64,000 nt of DNA. It comes from an uncultured Piscirickettsiaceae bacterium. Lineage in GTDB: Bacteria; Pseudomonadota; Gammaproteobacteria; GCF-002020875. Positions 21,286 to 30,982 of the stretch are shown piece by piece (position 1 is the first letter of the stretch; every line of letters begins with the position of its first letter). The translations under genes and the position numbers were made by a program. A model generated the notes under the pieces. It made no database searches. It had not been told where the DNA came from and saw only the letters and a program-made list of their open reading frames with translations. Where the stretch lies: the NCBI GenBank assembly GCA_964344135.1, contig CAYFMF010000003.1, positions 442-64,441 on the forward strand, in the 5' to 3' direction.

Positions 21286-23148
21286 CTAAATCGACAGTTC
21301 CTTGACCTTGCGACCGCCGTAGATCAGGTTAACCACAGAGCGCGTTCCCATGATTGCGGTAAACATCGAGGTGACAATACCGATCGAGAGGGTTACCGCA
21401 AATCCCTTGATGGGGCCGGTGCCAAACGCAAACAGCACAATCGCAGCAATCAGCGTGGTTACATTTGCATCGGTAATGGTGGAGAAGGCCTTGTCATATC
21501 CGGCATGGATACTGGCCTGTGGCGAGTTGCCATTGCGCAGCTCCTCACGGATACGCTCAAAGATCAATACATTGGCATCCACCGCCATACCGACCGTCAA
21601 AACAATGCCGGCAATGCCAGGCAGGGTCAGTGTCGCCTGAATCAGCGAGAGCACCGCAACGATCAACACCAGGTTGAGTGTCAGCGCCATATTGGCAACC
21701 AGACCAAACAGCCGGTAGTAGATGGCCATGAAAAAGAGCACCAGGACAAAGCCGATCATGACGGAGAGGAACCCCTTGTCAATGTTGTCCTGTCCCAGGC
21801 TGGGCCCCACTGTGCGCTCCTCGACAATCTCCATCGGTACTGCCAACGCACCCGCTCTGAGCAGCAGCGCAAGATCACGTGCCTCTTCGGTGCTGTCAAG
21901 GCCGGTCACCTGAAAACGCTTGCCGAGCTGATCGCGGATCACCGCAACATTGATCACCTCCTGCTTCTTCTTGCGGACCTTGATCCGCTCCCCGTTCTCG
22001 ATCCGGGTCTCCATCTTGGTCTCGATAAAGACAACCGCCATGCGCTTGCCAATATTGTCCCGTGTACCGTTGGACATCCTGCGAGCACCCTTTCCATCCA
22101 GGGTAATGAATACCGCAGGGCTGCCGGACTGCTGCTCGATTCCGGATGCAGCATCGATCACCGAGTCACCGGTCAGCAGAACCCGCCGCTTCAGCAGTAC
22201 CGGCTCTCCGCTACGCTCCTTGTAGAGCAGCGCTCCAGCCGGCACGCGTCCCTGACTGGCCGCCTCATAGGGGTCATGCCCTTCGGCAACCAGACGAAAC
22301 TCCAGTGTTGCGGTGGCACCCAGGATCTCCTTCGCGCGTGCCGTATCCTGAACACCGGGCAGCTGGACCACAATTCGGTTCTTGCCCTGCTGCTGAATCA
22401 CCGGCTCCGCCACACCCAGCTCGTTGACACGGTTTCTCAGTGTGGTGATATTCTGCTGCAATGCAAACTTGCGAGTCTCCTCAATCTCCTGCTCCCCGAT
22501 ATTCAGTATCAGTTGTGAGACCCCGCCACTCTCCCGCTCCTCACTCAAGAGACGTGGATACTCCTGCACGATGCGTGCACGTGCCAGATCCCGACCCACC
22601 TCATCGCTGAAGCCAAGAAGGAGACCGCCCCCGGCGCCACGACCAATGCTCTTGTAGCGAATCTTCTCCTTGCGCAGGATCACACGCAGATCACTTACAT
22701 AACGCTGCTCTGCCTTGGTGATCGCCTCATCCATATCCACCTCCATCAGGAAGTGGACCCCTCCACGCAGGTCCAGCCCCAGATACATCGGCTCCCCACC
22801 CATGGCGCGGAGCCACCCTGGCGTGGTCTGCGCGAGGTTGAGGGCGGTAATGTATTGATCACCCAGCTCCTGACGGATCCAGTCGAGGCCCAGCAGCTGA
22901 TCCTCGGTGTTGTTGAAGCGGGCCAGCAGCATCCCCCCCTCCTCTCCCACGGACTTGAAGGGGATCCCCTTCTGCTGCAACAGGTTCTCCACCCGTGAAC
23001 GGGTGGCCGGAGTCAGCTCTCCACGCTCTGCCAGAGAGATCTGCACCGCGGGATCCTCACCATAGAGATTCGGAAGCGCATAAATTGCAGCCACCAGAAC
23101 AACCACTGCGATCAGCAGATGCTTCCAGAGCGGGTATTGATTAATCAT
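21286..23148 (-). CDS. secD: Protein translocase subunit SecD
   Basis: 620 aa. 12-TM SecDF superfamily with the large P1 periplasmic domain. Confidence 0.9.
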   Translation of the reverse strand: MINQYPLWKHLLIAVVVLVAAIYALPNLYGEDPAVQISLAERGELTPATRSRVENLLQQKGIPFKSVGEEGGMLLARFNNTEDQLLGLDWIRQELGDQYITALNLAQTTPGWLRAMGGEPMYLGLDLRGGVHFLMEVDMDEAITKAEQRYVSDLRVILRKEKIRYKSIGRGAGGGLLLGFSDEVGRDLARARIVQEYPRLLSEERESGGVSQLILNIGEQEIEETRKFALQQNITTLRNRVNELGVAEPVIQQQGKNRIVVQLPGVQDTARAKEILGATATLEFRLVAEGHDPYEAASQGRVPAGALLYKERSGEPVLLKRRVLLTGDSVIDAASGIEQQSGSPAVFITLDGKGARRMSNGTRDNIGKRMAVVFIETKMETRIENGERIKVRKKKQEVINVAVIRDQLGKRFQVTGLDSTEEARDLALLLRAGALAVPMEIVEERTVGPSLGQDNIDKGFLSVMIGFVLVLFFMAIYYRLFGLVANMALTLNLVLIVAVLSLIQATLTLPGIAGIVLTVGMAVDANVLIFERIREELRNGNSPQASIHAGYDKAFSTITDANVTTLIAAIVLFAFGTGPIKGFAVTLSIGIVTSMFTAIMGTRSVVNLIYGGRKVKELSI

Positions 23149-23164
23149 CGTATTTGCAGACCAG

Positions 23165-23500
23165 TTAGTTGGACTTCAGGGTTCCCTTCGGCATCAGCTG
23201 TGCAATCTGACCCTTCTGAACGGTCAGTGTCACGCCATCAGCCACCTCAATATCGACAAAGTTCTCTCCAACCTTGCGGATCTTTCCAAGAATTCCACCG
23301 GTGGTGACCGCCTCATCCCCCTTGGAGAGCTCCTCCACCATCTTGCGATGCTCCTTGGCCTTCTTCTGTTGCGGCCTGATCAGCAGGAAATAGAAGATCA
23401 CAAAAAGAATAACCATCGGAAGCAGCCCAGCCCATGCAGGTGCCTGCTCAGCGCCCGCAGCGGCACTCTGTGCCATTGCGTCAGAAACGAAAAAACTCAT
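23165..23500 (-). CDS. yajC: Preprotein translocase subunit YajC
   Basis: 111 aa, single TM. Conserved position upstream of secD. Confidence 0.85.
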   Translation of the reverse strand: MSFFVSDAMAQSAAAGAEQAPAWAGLLPMVILFVIFYFLLIRPQQKKAKEHRKMVEELSKGDEAVTTGGILGKIRKVGENFVDIEVADGVTLTVQKGQIAQLMPKGTLKSN

Positions 23501-23537
23501 TACACACTCCTTTGTTCAAACAGCAGCAGATAGTACC

Positions 23538-24671
<1,134 letters not shown>

Positions 24672-24788
24672 CTATTCATTGTCAGGGTACGCTATACAAC
24701 ATCCCTGTTCGCTCGACGATAGCCATCCCCGGCTAACAACGCCCCTGAAATAAACATGGGGATACTTGTCAGATGACTCATGATTGCT

Positions 24789-25835
24789 CTACTCCGGCAG
24801 ATCATCCGCCCCACCACGTCCGTTGATCAACATCGCATCCCCATAGCTGAAGAAGCGGTAGCGCTCCCTGATCGCATGCCGATAGGCATCCATTACGGCC
24901 TGGTACCCTCCAAAGGCGGTGACCAGCATCATCAGGGTCGACTCGGAGAGGTGAAAGTTGGTCAGCAGTGCATCCACGGTATTGAAATGGTACCCCGGGG
25001 TGATGAAGATGTCTGTCTCCCCGGAAAAGGGGGCGATCTCCCCACCCCTGGAGGCACTCTCCAGGCTGCGTACTGCGGTGGTACCCACCGCAATCACCCG
25101 CCCCCCTGCGCCCTTTGTGGCTCGTATCTGATCACAAAGCGCGGCAGTCACCTCAAACCACTCACTGTGCATCACATGGTCCTCAATCCGCTCGGTGCGA
25201 ACCGGCTGAAAGGTTCCCGCCCCCACATGGAGTGTGACAAATCCCGTCTGCACACCCATCTCCCTGATCTGCTGGAGGATCTTGTCGGTAAAGTGGAGCC
25301 CGGCCGTGGGTGCAGCCACCGCCCCCTGGTGGCGCGCATAGACGGTCTGGTAACGCTCCCGATCCTCCGCATCGGCCTCGCGCTCGATATAGGGGGGGAG
25401 CGGAATTCGCCCCAGTGACTCCAGCAGCTCAACAGCCGGCCTCGGGTCGAGAAACTCAACCTCAAACAGTGCACCCCTGCGCCCCACAACCCTCACCTCC
25501 AGCTCCCCCTCCAGGATCAGTAGAGCCCCTGACTTTGGAGACTTGCTGGAGCGCAGATGTGCCAGAACGTGGTGCTGGCCGAGCACCCGCTCCACCAGTA
25601 GCTCCACCTTGCCACCACTCTCCTTGCGCCCGAAGAGACGGGCCGGGATCACCCTGGTATCGTTAAACACAAGCAGATCATTTGGTTTAACAAGACCCAG
25701 TATCTCACTGAATTCACGGCCATATAAGGAACCATCTGGAGCCAGAACCAGAAGCCGGCTCTGCCCCCTCTCCTCGGGTGGAGACTGGGCGATCAGCTCA
25801 GCTGGAAGATCAAACCGAAAGTCACTTTTGCGCAT
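24789..25835 (-). CDS. queA: S-adenosylmethionine:tRNA ribosyltransferase-isomerase
   Basis: 348 aa, [20 protein letters not shown]-terminus. queA-tgt-yajC-secDF synteny. Confidence 0.9.
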   Translation of the reverse strand: MRKSDFRFDLPAELIAQSPPEERGQSRLLVLAPDGSLYGREFSEILGLVKPNDLLVFNDTRVIPARLFGRKESGGKVELLVERVLGQHHVLAHLRSSKSPKSGALLILEGELEVRVVGRRGALFEVEFLDPRPAVELLESLGRIPLPPYIEREADAEDRERYQTVYARHQGAVAAPTAGLHFTDKILQQIREMGVQTGFVTLHVGAGTFQPVRTERIEDHVMHSEWFEVTAALCDQIRATKGAGGRVIAVGTTAVRSLESASRGGEIAPFSGETDIFITPGYHFNTVDALLTNFHLSESTLMMLVTAFGGYQAVMDAYRHAIRERYRFFSYGDAMLINGRGGADDLPE

Positions 25836-25910
25836 GGCGCGCTAGGATAACATTCCTTATCAATTCCATGGCAAAATGGCCCCTTTCAGACAATAACAAG
25901 AACAGATGCC

Positions 25911-26759
25911 ATGAAATGGATTGGGGCACACGTCAGTACTGCCGGAGGGGTGCAAAATGCACCAGAGAACGCCTACAGGATCGGCGCCAGGGCCTTCGCC
26001 CTCTTCACCAAGAACCAGCGCCAGTGGAGCGCAAAGCCTCTCACCAGCGAGCAGATCGATGGCTTTCAGGCCGCAATGGAGCAGTATGGCTACACGCCGG
26101 AGCAGGTGCTCCCCCACGACAGCTACCTGATCAACCTTGGCCACCCCGAGAGGGAGGCGCGGGAGAAGTCACTAAACGCCTTCATCGATGAGCTGGAGCG
26201 CTGCCACCAGCTGGGGCTCACCCTGCTCAACTTCCACCCTGGCAGTCACCTGCGAAAGATCAGCGAGGAGAGCTGTCTCGACCTGATCGCGGACTCCATC
26301 AATCAGGCACTGGAGAAGACCACCGGGGTTACTGCGGTGATTGAGAATACCGCTGGACAGGGCTCCAACCTGGGATACCGCCTTGAACATCTCGCCCATA
26401 TCATTGACCGGGTAGAGGACAAATCCCGAGTCGGGGTCTGCATCGACACCTGTCACGCCTTTGCGGCCGGTTACGACCTGCGCACCGCAGATGCCTACAA
26501 CCAGACGATGGATGCCTTCGGGGAGATCGTCGGATTCGACTACCTGCGTGGAATGCACATCAACGACTGCAAATCGGAGTTCGAGAGCCGGGTCGATCGT
26601 CACCACAGCATTGGCGAGGGGACCATCGGGCTCGAGGGGTTCCGCATGGTGATGAATGACAAAAGGATTGACCAGATCCCGATGGTGCTGGAGACCATCA
26701 ACAGTGAACTCTGGAGAGAGGAAATCGAGTTACTTTACGGTATGATTACCACCGACTGA
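25911..26759 (+). CDS. nfo: Endonuclease IV
   Basis: 282 aa. Near-collinear with E. coli Nfo (MKxIGAHVS...[11 protein letters not shown]...[11 protein letters not shown]...[18 protein letters not shown]). Confidence 0.9.
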   Translation: MKWIGAHVSTAGGVQNAPENAYRIGARAFALFTKNQRQWSAKPLTSEQIDGFQAAMEQYGYTPEQVLPHDSYLINLGHPEREAREKSLNAFIDELERCHQLGLTLLNFHPGSHLRKISEESCLDLIADSINQALEKTTGVTAVIENTAGQGSNLGYRLEHLAHIIDRVEDKSRVGVCIDTCHAFAAGYDLRTADAYNQTMDAFGEIVGFDYLRGMHINDCKSEFESRVDRHHSIGEGTIGLEGFRMVMNDKRIDQIPMVLETINSELWREEIELLYGMITTD

Positions 26760-26786
26760 TCCAGCCACCACAGTAGAGAGAACCCA

Positions 26787-28070
26787 TTGGATATTAACAA
26801 CTTTGAAGCCTATTGTGATCAGTTTGATCGCGCTGTCAACGAGCTGGGGATCGAAGAGAATCTGGCCGAACTGCTGAAACACCCTGACCGTGAACTCCTC
26901 GTGGAACTCCCGCTGGTTCGGGATGATGGCTCCCTGATGGTCCTCCACGGCTATCGGGTTCAACACAACAATGCCCGTGGCCCCTTCAAGGGGGGGCTGC
27001 GTTTTCATGAGTGTGTCGATCTGGACGAGGTGCGTGCCCTCTCAGCACTGATGACCTTCAAGACCGCCCTGGTCGATATCCCCTATGGTGGTGGCAAGGG
27101 GGGGATCCAGGTGGACCCCAAGAAGCTCTCCTCACATGAACTGGAGCAGCTGACTCGAACCTTTGTCCGCGCCATCAGTCCGGTGATCGGGGTCCATACC
27201 GACATCCCGGCACCCGATGTAAACACCAATGCCCAGATCATGGCCTGGTTCATGGATGAATACAGTCAGCTTCACGGCTACAGCCCCGGAATTGTCACCG
27301 GAAAGCCGCTCAATCTCGGAGGCTCGAAGGGAAGAAATGCCGCTACCGGATATGGAGTCTCCATCGTGCTGCGTGAGGTTGCCGAGTACCGCAACATGGA
27401 GCTGAAGGGTGCAACAGTTGTAATCCAGGGATTTGGCAATGTGGGGAGCTGGGCTGCCAAATACCTTGATGAATTTGGCTGCAAGATCATTGCAGTCAGT
27501 GACAGCAAGGGGGCCATTATCGATAACAGTGGGCTCGATATTACGGCACTGATTGAATACAAGCAGACACATGGGACCATCCAGGGTTTTGGAAACAGTC
27601 ACTCCATCGATGCCGAAACACTTCTCTATACACCCTGCGACTTTCTGGTCCCGGCGGCACTGGGTGGCGTGATCCACAAAAAGAACGCCAATAATCTGCG
27701 CTGCAAGATCGTGATCGAGGCAGCCAACGGCCCCACCACCCCAACCGCTGACACGATTTTATGGAGCAAGAACATTCCTGTGGTTCCCGACATCCTGACC
27801 AATGCGGGTGGTGTGATCGCCTCCTACTACGAATGGGTCCAGAACCTGCAGCGCCACTACTGGGAGGAGGAAGAGGTCAACAGCAAGATGGAGAAGAAAC
27901 TGACCAGCGCCTTCTGTGAGGTTGCCGCACTCGCCCACTCCAAAAGGGAGCTCTCCTATCGTACTGCCGCCTTTATGCTGGCAATTAAACGGGTAACCGA
28001 TACCACAACGATTCGTGGACGACTCGGCTCTCCCTGCGCCATCACCCCTGATCTGCCCCAAGACACTTAA
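26787..28070 (+). CDS. gdhA: Glu/Leu/Phe/Val dehydrogenase family, most likely glutamate dehydrogenase
   Basis: 427 aa. KGGLRFH...PYGGGKGG catalytic motif and C-terminal Rossmann domain GFGNVGSWAA. Confidence 0.8.
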   Translation: MDINNFEAYCDQFDRAVNELGIEENLAELLKHPDRELLVELPLVRDDGSLMVLHGYRVQHNNARGPFKGGLRFHECVDLDEVRALSALMTFKTALVDIPYGGGKGGIQVDPKKLSSHELEQLTRTFVRAISPVIGVHTDIPAPDVNTNAQIMAWFMDEYSQLHGYSPGIVTGKPLNLGGSKGRNAATGYGVSIVLREVAEYRNMELKGATVVIQGFGNVGSWAAKYLDEFGCKIIAVSDSKGAIIDNSGLDITALIEYKQTHGTIQGFGNSHSIDAETLLYTPCDFLVPAALGGVIHKKNANNLRCKIVIEAANGPTTPTADTILWSKNIPVVPDILTNAGGVIASYYEWVQNLQRHYWEEEEVNSKMEKKLTSAFCEVAALAHSKRELSYRTAAFMLAIKRVTDTTTIRGRLGSPCAITPDLPQDT

Positions 28071-28476
28071 TCCCGGACACCTCCCAGAAATCTGGCCCAT
28101 AATCGATAAAGATCTCCTCTCCGGGACGGATCCTCTTCAGTGCCTCGATCCGTGCCTTTTTCCAACGTGTTGAGACCACAAACTGTGCATTGGGTTTTGC
28201 CGAATGGTTTACATAGCGGGTGTAATTCTCCCCCACAATCAGACAGTCCCGACAGACCCAGAGCAGATAGTGTGAATCAATATAGGGGCTGCGTTCCGAC
28301 TGGGCATCGGTGATGATCTTCCCCAGATAGGGGCCGATGGTATCCCCTCTCTGGAGCGTCACAAGCGAAAAGAGCCCCTCTCCACACCCACTGATTGTGG
28401 ATGGAGCCACCTCAAAGTGGTGCTCCTCAAACTGTCTCGATTGTCCCATTCTCCACCCGATCTCCTCTCGCCCCAA
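28042..28476 (-). CDS. SET-domain protein (putative protein-lysine N-methyltransferase)
   Basis: 144 aa. GCGEGLFS, RYVNHSAKPNAQF and GEEIFIDYG match SET-domain motifs (GxG, NHS/RxxNH, ELxxDY). Convergent 29-bp overlap with the gdh 3' end. Confidence 0.65.
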   Translation of the reverse strand: MGREEIGWRMGQSRQFEEHHFEVAPSTISGCGEGLFSLVTLQRGDTIGPYLGKIITDAQSERSPYIDSHYLLWVCRDCLIVGENYTRYVNHSAKPNAQFVVSTRWKKARIEALKRIRPGEEIFIDYGPDFWEVSGIKCLGADQG

Positions 28477-28589
28477 ACAGCCGACAAGACACTATTCAAG
28501 CGCTCAATTGAATTGTATTTCAGCCAATTTCATGTTAATATAGCAGAAATTGATGCACCATATTTAAACTCCAAACCCAAGAGGTTTTC

Positions 28590-29339
28590 ATGAAAAAACT
28601 GAATCTTGTAATGCGTACAGCTGCTGGCGCCCTGATAGCCAGCAGCATGGCGATGCCGGTCGCTGCAGAAGAGGCTGCCACTGGGCAGGTTGCTGAACAA
28701 CAGGCAGCGGCTGCCACACAGCAGGCTGAGCCACGCAAGCGCCGTCCACAGAGCCGCCCCCCCATGCCCTATGGCCCTGGGATGACACCCCCTTATGGCA
28801 TGATGCCTCCGGGCATGGCTCCCTATGGCCCTGGCCCCTACGGGATGGCACCTCCACAGGGTTTTGGCCCCTATGGCCCTCCCGGCATGAGCCCCTACGG
28901 CCCACCAATGGGCTATGCGCCCCCCGGCTACGGGCCTGGCGGCTACAATGCCCCCGGTTTCAACCCCTCATTCAACCCACCCACCATGGAGCCACCCTGG
29001 GGGAATGACAAGAACTTTGACATGAGCCCGATGAAATTCTGGCCGGTTCCCGGAACAGGAAACCCCTGGCACTACAAGCCATGGGAGCCCGGTGCCCCCT
29101 GGGGTGATTCCGACAAGTTCTCCGATCCACCCGATGAGGCCTTCCACGAGGCGGAGGATTTCCTCGCCGACGCCCCAAGAATGCCTGGTGGCTGGGAGCT
29201 GCCCAACATCTCCATGCCAAGCCCCTTCGAGATCGGAGAGCAGGTTGGAGACCAGAGCTGGCTGCTGCCGGAAAACTTCAAGATGCGTGACCGCAATCGT
29301 CCCAAGCGCTACCGGAAGTACTTCCAGAACGAGCAGTAA
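28590..29339 (+). CDS. Secreted low-complexity Pro/Gly/Tyr/Met-rich repeat protein
   Basis: 249 aa. Signal peptide MKKLNLVMRTAAGALIASSMAMPVAA, then reiterated PYGPG/PPGM units (PYGPGMTPPYGMMPPGMAPYGPGPYGMAPP...). Good RBS, genome-typical GC3. Confidence 0.55.
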   Translation: MKKLNLVMRTAAGALIASSMAMPVAAEEAATGQVAEQQAAAATQQAEPRKRRPQSRPPMPYGPGMTPPYGMMPPGMAPYGPGPYGMAPPQGFGPYGPPGMSPYGPPMGYAPPGYGPGGYNAPGFNPSFNPPTMEPPWGNDKNFDMSPMKFWPVPGTGNPWHYKPWEPGAPWGDSDKFSDPPDEAFHEAEDFLADAPRMPGGWELPNISMPSPFEIGEQVGDQSWLLPENFKMRDRNRPKRYRKYFQNEQ

Positions 29340-29350
29340 CAACGCTACCG

Positions 29351-29521
29351 ATGGGAGGCTGGGGCTGCCCGCATGATGCCAACGGCATCTGCCTGAAGGT
29401 ACCGAAGACCCGCTGCGATCCGGGGATGAAGGGGTGCGTTCTGGCCGGCCGCTTCCGCTTCAGCAAGGAGCAGAAGAACCGCCCCGGTGGCCCCAAAAAG
29501 CGCAGCTACGAGACAGAGTAG
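29351..29521 (+). CDS. Candidate 56-aa Cys4 mini-protein (not in the ORF track because it is under 60 aa)
   Basis: MGGWGCPHDANGICLKVPKTRCDPGMKGCVLAGRFRFSKEQKNRPGGPKKRSYETE. Lies 12 nt after the upstream stop and immediately before a strong intrinsic terminator. Four Cys and a basic tail. Confidence 0.3.
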   Translation: MGGWGCPHDANGICLKVPKTRCDPGMKGCVLAGRFRFSKEQKNRPGGPKKRSYETE

Positions 29522-29545
29522 CCGCTCTCGACCTGCCCATAGAGA

Positions 29546-29575
29546 AGAGCCCTCAACTGAGGGCTCTTTTTTTTG
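29546..29575 (+). terminator. Rho-independent terminator
   Basis: agagccctc-aact-gagggctct followed by TTTTTTTT. Confidence 0.7.
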
Positions 29576-29763
29576 TTCAGATCAGGTGTTCCGGTGGGCC
29601 CGCATTGACGGTGCATCCGGATGATTTATGTCAAATACATTTATGCAAACCGGCAGGAAGATCACTATTCGAGGACAAACACTCTTGTTGAGAAGGCAGT
29701 GGTTAGATGCTACGGTTAACAACAAGATACAGCACGGCACCCCATTGGGAGGGGGGAACAACA

Positions 29764-30354
29764 ATGAACATACTAATCGCTGACGATCACTACCTCTATC
29801 TGCAGGGGCTGCGCCTGCTACTCAATGGGCAGCACAAGAAGCTGCGCTACCATGAGGCCAGGGATCTCGCCTCTGTGCTGGATCAGCTGGGCCACCACCC
29901 CATTGAGCTGCTGCTGCTCGATCTGCGGATGCCCGACATGGAGGGGTTTGACGGGGTCTACCAGATCCGTGAGCGCTACCCTGAGCTGCCGATTGTGATC
30001 ATTACCAGCTCAGAGAGCCGCACCGATGTCCAGGCTGCAATCAATGCCGGGGTTCAGGGGTATATCCTCAAGTCACTGGATCACAAGGCGATGACCGATG
30101 CGCTCAATGAGGTGGTTGCCGGCAACCCGTTCTTCCCCGACCTCAGTCAGCCACTCTCTGGCCCACTGGAGAATCTGACCAATCGGCAGCTGGAGATCCT
30201 GCACCTGATCAATGACGGGATGGGGAATCGTGAGATTGGCAAGCGGCTGGGGATTACCGAAGGGACCGTGGGGCAGCATGTTCACGCCCTGCTCAGCGCA
30301 CTGAAGGTAAAAAACCGTTCCGAGGCGGCGCGCATCCTTCGTGAGTATGAGTAG
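29764..30354 (+). CDS. NarL/LuxR-family response regulator (REC domain plus LuxR helix-turn-helix)
   Basis: MNILIADDHYLYLQGL...LLLDLRMPDMEGF receiver domain. C-terminal NRQLEILHLINDGMGNREIGKRLGITEGTV LuxR helix-turn-helix motif. Confidence 0.85.
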   Translation: MNILIADDHYLYLQGLRLLLNGQHKKLRYHEARDLASVLDQLGHHPIELLLLDLRMPDMEGFDGVYQIRERYPELPIVIITSSESRTDVQAAINAGVQGYILKSLDHKAMTDALNEVVAGNPFFPDLSQPLSGPLENLTNRQLEILHLINDGMGNREIGKRLGITEGTVGQHVHALLSALKVKNRSEAARILREYE

Positions 30355-30982
30355 CACCCACCCGCACCACGCACTGGGGCAGTTTCTCTCCACAGCAATT
30401 CACGACATCAAGCAGCCGCTCAATGTGCTACAGATGTATCTGGGGATCCTGCAGGAGCAGGCCGGCCTCCCAAAGGGGGACGAATTGACCCAGATCGCAA
30501 ATGGCTCCCTGAAATCACTACAGTCAATGCTCAACCTGCTCAGCAACTGGGCGCGTGCTGATGAAGGGGGACTCAGGATCCAGCCAGAGTGGGTAACGCC
30601 ATCAACATGGTCTCAACATCTCGAGAAGCAGGAGTGGCTCTCCCACCCCCTCCCGGCAGTGGATCTCTCTGCTGAGGAGACTCATCGGTCGATCGATCTT
30701 GCCCTGCTCACCCAGACCCTGCGCGACATCCTGACCCTGCTCCCCAGGGGGACAGCCATCACCGCAACCCCCACCCCATGGAGCCTTGAACTCCAGCTCA
30801 CCCCGCCACTACAGCGTGGCAGTGATGGTGAGCTTCTGTTTAGCGATGCCCTGCATCAACTGGCAGTGGATGGCGGAGGCGCCGTCCTGAAGGCGCTCGG
30901 CTTTCAGCAGCGGCTGGTAGAGCGTGATGGGGCGGTTGTGATTGCCATTCAGGGGGCGGAGAGTATGGTTGCTGCGCCATGA
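30341..30982 (+). CDS. HisKA (DHp) domain protein lacking recognisable ATPase boxes
   Basis: 213 aa. H-box AIHDIKQPLNVLQMYLGIL, but no N/G1/G2 motifs. Overlaps the regulator gene by 14 bp and the downstream kinase gene by 4 bp. Confidence 0.5.
   Translation: MSMSSTHPHHALGQFLSTAIHDIKQPLNVLQMYLGILQEQAGLPKGDELTQIANGSLKSLQSMLNLLSNWARADEGGLRIQPEWVTPSTWSQHLEKQEWLSHPLPAVDLSAEETHRSIDLALLTQTLRDILTLLPRGTAITATPTPWSLELQLTPPLQRGSDGELLFSDALHQLAVDGGGAVLKALGFQQRLVERDGAVVIAIQGAESMVAAP

Noticed and set aside
29434-29691. Track ORF 29434..29691(+) (85 aa) downstream of the repeat protein
   Set aside because: It runs straight through the strong intrinsic terminator at 29546-29575 and lies in a different frame from the better-supported 56-aa Cys4 ORF. 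It is likely spurious.
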